A stretch of 64,000 nt of DNA, taken from contig JAYWIR010000034.1 of NCBI GenBank assembly GCA_036172245.1, positions 1,054,001 to 1,118,000 of the forward strand. The letters are read 5' to 3'. Below the pieces are notes generated by a model. It searched no databases. It was not told the origin of the DNA and saw nothing but the letters and a program-made list of their open reading frames with translations. The DNA comes from Raillietiella orientalis (Eukaryota). Numbering within the stretch: position 1 is the first letter of the stretch; every line of letters begins with the position of its first letter. This document shows positions 56,401-64,000 of this stretch, piece by piece. A program made the position numbers and the translations under genes.

Positions 56401-59400
56401 AAATATCATTCTCAACTTTTTTTTCATCATATCTACAACGATTTGTAGGTGGGGACTTCTTCAGTCCTCTGGCATTCAAAACACTCATTAATTACTGAAT
56501 ACTTGTGCACATATTTTTTCAATCTTTTCTTTGTGTGACTCTATAACTTACAAAGTCTTTGAATTTTATTGATTGCTGATAGTTGTGTCTACCTTTAAAT
56601 TGAATTGAATGATTATTTTATATAAATGTAAGTTTGATTTTTTTTTAAAGCTAACTCATTCCTGCCATTACTGAATGTATCAGCAATTGAAAGTAATCAA
56701 GGACGCTGATTAGTAGAAGAAACAAATAATATCGTTTTTTTCTTAAATCCACTTGCAACATTGTCATGTACTGCCACGAAAATTTTGTAGTAAGAAAAGA
56801 TTTGCTAAAAGTCATTAAATTGATCTTTTGAAAAGATGAAAACTCCTGATATTTTTTACATGATAGCACTTGAAACAAAGTAAAATGAACACAATTTTTT
56901 TAACATATTCACTGAAAAACATAAAACAAGTAAGTAAGACCTGGAATCATCTTTGAGCTTCTGTTCAATAGCCATAAGATCTTCTTGCCTAATTGTATCA
57001 GTGATTTTATAAAAAAGATCTGTATTCTCAATGAGAAGTTCCTGTTTCATTGAATACAATTTAGAACAAGTACAGTTATGTTCAGGATATTTATCTTACA
57101 GTAAAGTTTTTAAAAGCTTTATTGATAATCTCTTTTTGATGAAGATCATAAATTTCTTGACTTTCCTTTCCTGTTAGTGTTTCAAAACAATTTCTTCCCA
57201 TGAACAGAACCTTCACATCTGACAGAGATTTCCCAGGCGTGACATATGCTGTTTCCTCAAGTAGTTTTTTAAATTCTTTCCTATATCTAAGAAAAACATG
57301 AAAATTATTGTCCCGAGCAATATATTTGTAGTTTATCATACATGAAAACTTCAGAGAACCATATACAACTGATTATTAAGAAATTAAAGTGAACCTACAA
57401 TAAGTGACCCCAACCCTTTTTTTCACTCTACCTTAAAGGGATCCTGAGAGATGAAAGAGAAAGAAGTTCACTAATTTTTCAGATCCCATCACCCTACAAA
57501 ACTCACTCCAACTGTTTCTGTGCCATCTGGAGGTCCTGTTTGTAATTTTTGAAGCAATCTTCAACTATTTTAAAATACAGCAAATCAAAAGGAAATTTCT
57601 GGGGATGTTCATCAATATTTTTAATGAAGTCATCCAAAATATCATATTCCAATTTCTTTGGATATTTGGACTCGGCAAAATACAGTTGAAAATCTGGGTG
57701 TGCTCTTAGCTGTTGCAATACAGATGGCCAATCACTAAACAGTGAATTTATATGTATAATATTCATGACATATCATTGAAAGTATGAACATTAAGATGCC
57801 ATATACATTATTTCGCAAATGGATTAGCATTTCTTAAACTTGATAATAAAAAATAACAGCGATAACACATGCACTGGATTCAGAGTATGAGTATCAAGAT
57901 ATGATCACCACATTTTTTTTTTTTTCTGCTGATAATATGGTGCATATTAAAAGGTGATTGTTATCATTAAATCACAAGATTATTCCAAAGATCAAAAATG
58001 CATAATTAAAAAAGAATCTTTTTTCATATAAGAAACTTGACTATGTACTAACCAGTCTTTAATGGAAGATAATTCTGGGAAAAAATGCCTAAAAATTTCA
58101 GGCAATATATCCATACAGCGCTGGAGTTTTTGTCTCACAAATTCTTCTTTCAATTTTTGCATATGCTTCTTGAAAATCATTTGTGTTTCATTTATTCCAC
58201 ACAAATCACAAAACTGCTGAAACTCTGAACACTGGGAAAATGTATCAAAAAACGTTGTCCACTGAGTGCATAAATCTACAACATGGTATTGGATTAATTT
58301 CATAAACCTATCGTGAATTTGCTCTGATGTTGCACACTTTTGTTTTGCTGCTTCTACATAAGGTACAATTCGTAAACGATTTCGACTACGATCTATCAAC
58401 TGGGCTAATACTAAAAATGCAAGATCTATATTCACATTTAATAATGATGAGGTTTCAACAAGTAAAACACTGTTTTTGAATTCTTTCCGATTCACTAATT
58501 TTTCTGCTTCACGTATTAAACTTGCATCCTTTTCATCATTTTTTGTAGTTGCTAAGACTACTGGTTTTTTTATTTTGAGCAAATTCATTAAAATATTGAG
58601 CGTAAAGTCCACTTGCTTTTCAATACTTCTGTTTTGCACTAAACTAACATCAAAAACGCAGATGAATCCATCAATAACCATTCTACCATCTGGAAGAACT
58701 TTCTGTTCATACTCCTTCTCAATTCCTGGAGAGACAATTGCAAAAAATGACTTTATGAAAAAAAAAACATTTTTGGTACAAAAACGGAAAACTATTTTCT
58801 TTATGAAACACATTCCAGACTAAAATGCATGACTCTACTTTATCATAAAACCATTGCAAAATGTCAAATCATTAATATTAACTTCACAAATCAGAAACAA
58901 AACTTATTCAAAATTTAAGGCTCCGCATATCTTTACGAATTAAAAATAATAATGATTTACTTACCTAGTTGGTTTTTGCAGATATACATTAATTTCTCGG
59001 CCGAATAAACTTTTAAAGCACAACACCTTTTCAAGTATGGTTCAGTCTTTCCACCTTTAATAAGCATACAGCATTTTAAAATACATTTTGTAATGTGTTC
59101 AAACTTTTATAAACATTCAAACACAAGTCTCAGTTGATATGGAAGGGAACCTATCGTCATCTTTGTAAGATCATTTTAAAATTAGACTTTAACTAAGTTC
59201 ATTAGATTCTTAAGGGGGGGTCCACTCATCTTATATGAATGGGGTAAATTTCGTTTTCACATTGGCAAAACAACAACAACAAAAATTACGAAAAGCTCGA
59301 AAACTATTGTTGTTTGTTTATGTTTTAAATTTACAGCAAAGGTCCAAGAAGAAGCAGAAATGATTCCAAGTGTATAATTACTGAAGACACGAACTACAAG

Positions 59401-59777
59401 GAACATATGAAGGTAAAAAGACAAGTTTCAAATCCAACCATAAGATCCATTCCGTTTTTTATACTAATTTAATAATTTTTAATATTTTATAAAGTATCTT
59501 TATATGCTTTATAAACACTCAAAACAAAACTAAAAATAAAATACCAGTATTACAATTAACTGTAAGCGCTTGTTTACAAGTAAGCTGATGCTGTATACAT
59601 CAATTTATTATAAAGTGATAAAAACATACTTCTAAATGGCTGAAATGATGCATCGTCAATAAACTCCGTTTGCTCAATAACTTGAAACTGATACTCTGTT
59701 CCGTCTTCGGATAACTTTACGGCGCTTCCCCAGTAAAGAAAATGATCATTGTTTACTACACGTCCAGAAAAATCAGT
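50491..59777 (-). CDS. RhoGAPp190: p190 Rho GTPase-activating protein (ARHGAP35/ARHGAP5 co-ortholog), 5'-partial
   Basis: N-terminal GTPase exons TDFSGRVVNNDHFLYWG...EQTEFIDD (59777-59629), KVYSAEKLMYICKNQLG (59054-58965) and GIEKEYEQKVLPDG...KKPVVLATTKND (58725-58053). Then FF domains, pseudo-GTPase segments (IIICMLCGDPF, VHGFILVYSVKRRASL) and the RhoGAP domain ([42 protein letters not shown]). Ends FPFLFCGKEEKVMV* at 50491. The first coding exon (GKSCLCNRF region) was not found, so it probably lies beyond 64000. Confidence 0.96.
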
Positions 59778-62700
59778 CTAAAACACATATGCATAGCTTC
59801 AAATAACAGTGATATTTAGGAGTCTCTGATTTTAGACAGAGACTCGAAAATTATTATCTTTCATGAAAATTTCACAATACAGAATTACAAAAAAATGAAC
59901 TGAAAAAAATGAATTGAAAAATGAACTTTATACAAAATAGGAATTCCTTAAGCATGTAAAATGCAAATCAAGTAATGATTGTGCTTGATTTGCCACGAAA
60001 TGATAATTCACATTAAAAACGATTGTTTTTTTTTGTTTTTAAAAAAAATTCGAGTTAATTATGATTCCATTAATTCAGAATGAAAAGTTTAAATTATAGT
60101 TAAACTTTTCATACTGTTCTTTGGCCAATTTTGTTTGCAAATGCCTTCATTCTACGATGAATGTCTTGTCTAGAATAAATGTTCGGAGCACACTTTCCTA
60201 CTTTGTACAATTCACAATGCAATGTGGAACACAGACGGTGCAAAAGAGGCATAAACTATTAGGAAGGAACACAGTAAAGATACCAAATTATAGGAGATTT
60301 CAATATGCGTTTGCAAGATCCAAATCCACGAATTTCACCGAGAACGATTAGGAAGGAGTTTTCCTTTTTGTCGAGACTTCTTTCTCAGTACACAAATGGA
60401 GGGATTACCTAATTACGATTACATTTCAGGAAACAAGATTCCTATTGCCAACTTATCGGCCAGGACAGGTGCCGAAATAAGGAAGGATCGGGGCGAGAAC
60501 CCAGGGCAAGGAGCTTCTTCAAATCAACTCCTGAACCAGTTAAGAACAGAAAATCTGATTACATAAAGACCACCAGGATTTGAGGACAGCTTGTGTTTTG
60601 AAAAACAAATTTTAGTTACGTCGTGGAAAAGTTGAAGGGCTTTCAGCCTGCTATAAACTGCAAAGCAATCCCACGGATCGCAATGGGCGCCCAAGAAAAT
60701 CCGATTCCTCCATAAAACATGCGCGGGGTGGAAAAGCGATCTCCGAAGCCGAAGGAGCCCATGGAGGCAAAACCGCAGCAGCAGTAGGTGGGAAAACTTA
60801 CGTTCCCTGAAATATATACCGATCCACGTGATCGAAAATTAAAGCAATTCCTTTCGATGCAAACACGGAACAGAACAATATGTCTTGCAAATCCAAGCCG
60901 AGGTTTCGAAATTCGATCTGCCACTTTTTCTTGGCAGGATGACCACAGCTCTAAAATTTGGTGTGCCCCAAATCGAAAAGAGAACCGTGCACGAAACAAA
61001 AAAGTAGACTTTTCGTAACAAAATATAATGAAGCAGAAATCTGTTCAAAAGTAGCAATGTTTTCAAAGACGAAAATTTCGTAAAGACTGAACCAGTAGGA
61101 CACACGTAAGTAATGACGAGCAGTGAATACTCAGGTAGAGGGTTTTAAAATGTAACAACGAACAGCAGATAGAGGAAATTCAATAGAACTACTGGAAACT
61201 GATCTTCAGATTTCATTTGAAATAATTTTCCGTTCTTGGAGTATACGTTGCCATCGTATGTCAATAAGCAGTCACTCAAATTTTTGTACCTCAACTCATA
61301 TTTTATTTCTTATTCTGACCAAACAAGGAATGCCGCGGGTGTTTCACGGTATCCTCATGGCGCGCCTTCCTATCGCATCAGCAGTACATGTTTAAAACCC
61401 AGAGAGCAATCTGTACTTTGCATTTGCAAGTATTTCAAACACACAAAAACCATAAAATAACATACAATCAAGAACAGGTAAGCATACTCGTACACAAATG
61501 CACGAACATATGCACAGCAAAATCCATTAACTTTGATACGAATTTTGGATTCGCTTATCATTATTCTTTCATTACGACCAGATGGCAACAAGAAATAGTG
61601 TTTCTAATTTTTTTTTTTACTTGTACTTTGTGGTTTACTAACACTACTGGCAAATGCCTGCATTCGGTGATGACCTGTAATCCCTGCAGTATACTTCGTG
61701 GATTGCAGTCAATACACATACATGGCTTAACCCCAAGGCATTTTCAAATAGATCAAGGAAGAAAGGTTTCTCCAAGTTACTGTTTATTCTCACTATAAAT
61801 ATGTCTTTTATCCATAATGCAATATCAAAAATAATTCACTGGAATGATTCAACTGTCGCCCAGTCCTTTCAGATTCAACGGAGTATTGAGCTAAATGCAA
61901 ACTCGTATTTATAGAAGATCTGGAAATTCTGAAGCTGGAGTGGCATTCTGAAACACCACTGAGATACAAACTTTCTCTCAGTCATTTGCTTTGAAGAAAT
62001 TTCATGAAAATAAACAGGAAGGTCCACAAAACAACTGCTCATTGCAATTTATTTATCTGGTAAGAAAACTGACGCGTCAGATAAAGCTGATTTCATGATA
62101 TTTAAAGTTCATCAAAATTAGTTTCACTAGTACCTTTCTTGAAAATGGAGGAGGTGATTCCTTAATTTATGACAATTTATCTGTTACATTAGTAGTCCAA
62201 TCAACCTAAATTTTGATTATCAAAAGCGTCTATTGCGCAGTGAGCTTTTTATCAGAATAGTTTTATGGCTTCAACCTTTCTGAAAGGCATTCTAAATGTG
62301 CACACTCGAATTTTGACGAATCCTGCCTTTTTTCTCTCTCTCTTTTTTTCTTCCCGTACTCGTCTTCATTCTTTTTACTCAAAGTCTGTTAAAAAATGTT
62401 CATGCAAACAATTCTCCATCATTTAAACTAACACACAGAAATATTCGGAGAACCTTTGGTAATAGTGATTGGATATAAATTTTTAATTCATAATGTACAC
62501 ACGCAAAATGAATGTTTGATTTCATTTCCATCACACACTTGTTTTCCAGGATAAGACTGCTACAATAATTATGCGCTACATTACATAGTATCCGAGAGAA
62601 CACACAAAAAGTCAGTCAACGAAACCCTCGAATCATGGGAAGGGGTTGTCAGCAAGGAAAACCAACGTTATCCAACTGATTAGAAAAGCAGAAAGCCGTT

Positions 62701-63634
62701 ATCAGGAATGCAGGAATACGGAAAACGAAAAATCGCCCAAATGTCTCAAATCCGATTCGGCGATATCGTCCAAATTCACTAATGAAATGCAATGGAATTT
62801 GTGGAAGACGTAATTCAAGGAATTCGGCTTAGAGGAAAGTACGCTTCGAGAGGGAACCGCTTTTAATCGAGGATAAACAAATAATGCACTGAAACCGCAT
62901 GTTAAATGAAATCCAGGAACTAAAAACCGACACTGACAAAAGTTTTTATTGGTAGCAAAGGTACGCTGCGAGGCAACAACTAAGCAGAAAATGGCGGAAA
63001 AACGGAGCACAGTTCCTCAAAAACAACTCGGCAATATCAATGGCAAATAAGCGATGAAAGGGCAGCCATGTATTTGTAATAACATATGATCACCCAAGAA
63101 GATTGCCGGGAACCAGCTTGCAAAATAAAAAATTCCAATCGACAGAACTTTGGAGGAGAGTGGAGGAGAAAAGACTGCTGAGGATTTTGCACTATACAGA
63201 CGTCCTTTCTACAGCAAGTATTCTACAAGTCTTCTAGTGCTTTCAAAGAGTTCCAGCTTCTTCCCATAGCAATTTCTGCTGATCCCCGCATGTGCATTCA
63301 CTATATGAAAACAATTCATACCATTTTTGAATTCTAAGAGTTTTTACAAGTCCAAATACTAATTACAGATGGGTTTTCAATCCTAGTATCGGCTGTACAG
63401 CCGTACACTATACCACTACACTGCATAAATGATACGGAACTGCTCTGCGTAATCTTGCAAATGAGTCTCCATGTCAGAAATAAGCTTTTTTCTTTGGGAA
63501 CCGTAATATATTTGCAATATACCGAGTTCTATGTCCTTTGATTCTTTGAATGGCACATTATTTGTGCAAAGCGTGAATTTGAGATAAGAATGAGAGCACT
63601 TGTCGTCACAAGGCAGGAGACAATTTTTCCATCA

Positions 63635-63660
63635 GTGTGTGTGTGTGTGTGTGTGTGTGT
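63635..63660. repeat. (GT)13 microsatellite
   Basis: Directly visible. Confidence 0.95.
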
Positions 63661-64000
63661 GGTTTTTCCATTTCTGTTCCCTAAAATGCTGAAAATACTT
63701 ACAGCTTTGGAAGTTTGGTTGCCATGTTTCTTCATCCTCGCTCAAAACAGATGCTAAAATTCTGCCTTTGTCTCAAATCAAATAAACATATGTTTTGGTG
63801 TCAATGAATTGCATCCACGTATCTTTCGGAATGACTTCATCGATACGTTTCATTCGTTTCGTATTTGACTTTTCAAATGGGAAAGCAATGGGAGATTTTT
63901 TGTTTAGAGGTGTTTGTGGTGCGTTCCTTTTAATATCATTCGGATATACAGAAAAAAGAAAAATAACGCTAATCGTTCTAATAGGTCTCTCCATCATGCT

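Noticed and set aside
60796..60812. Adjacent acceptor/donor motifs (TTTCAG GGAAC GTAAGT) suggesting a p190 microexon
   Set aside because: A 5-nt exon would break the frame of a highly conserved domain, and there is no other support.

Overview
Eukaryotic, AT-rich invertebrate genomic DNA. It is most likely a protostome or arthropod, because the miR-2 family is present; the species cannot be determined from the sequence. Genes are compact, with many 43-60 nt introns. Five spliced housekeeping genes lie in tandem, all on the minus strand: GANP/MCM3AP (Sac3), ZNG1/CBWD (COG0523 GTPase), GTF3C2 (TFIIIC WD40 subunit), PPP4R1 (PP4 regulatory subunit 1) and p190RhoGAP (5' end outside the window). The most notable non-ORF feature is a five-hairpin miR-71 / miR-2 / miR-13-like / miR-2 / miR-2 microRNA cluster in a ~750-nt PPP4R1 intron. 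This is a known conserved arrangement, here with a divergent miR-13-like member. Between GTF3C2 and PPP4R1 are a probable P-element transposase relic and a ~7-kb GC-rich block of heavily decayed, scrambled non-LTR retrotransposon fragments. Also seen: two GC-AG introns, a perfect 24-bp hairpin, miR-2 seed sites in the host CDS, and a ~10-kb ORF-free stretch that may be a long p190 3' UTR. I cannot support a wholly new biological system. Exon coordinates were read by eye.
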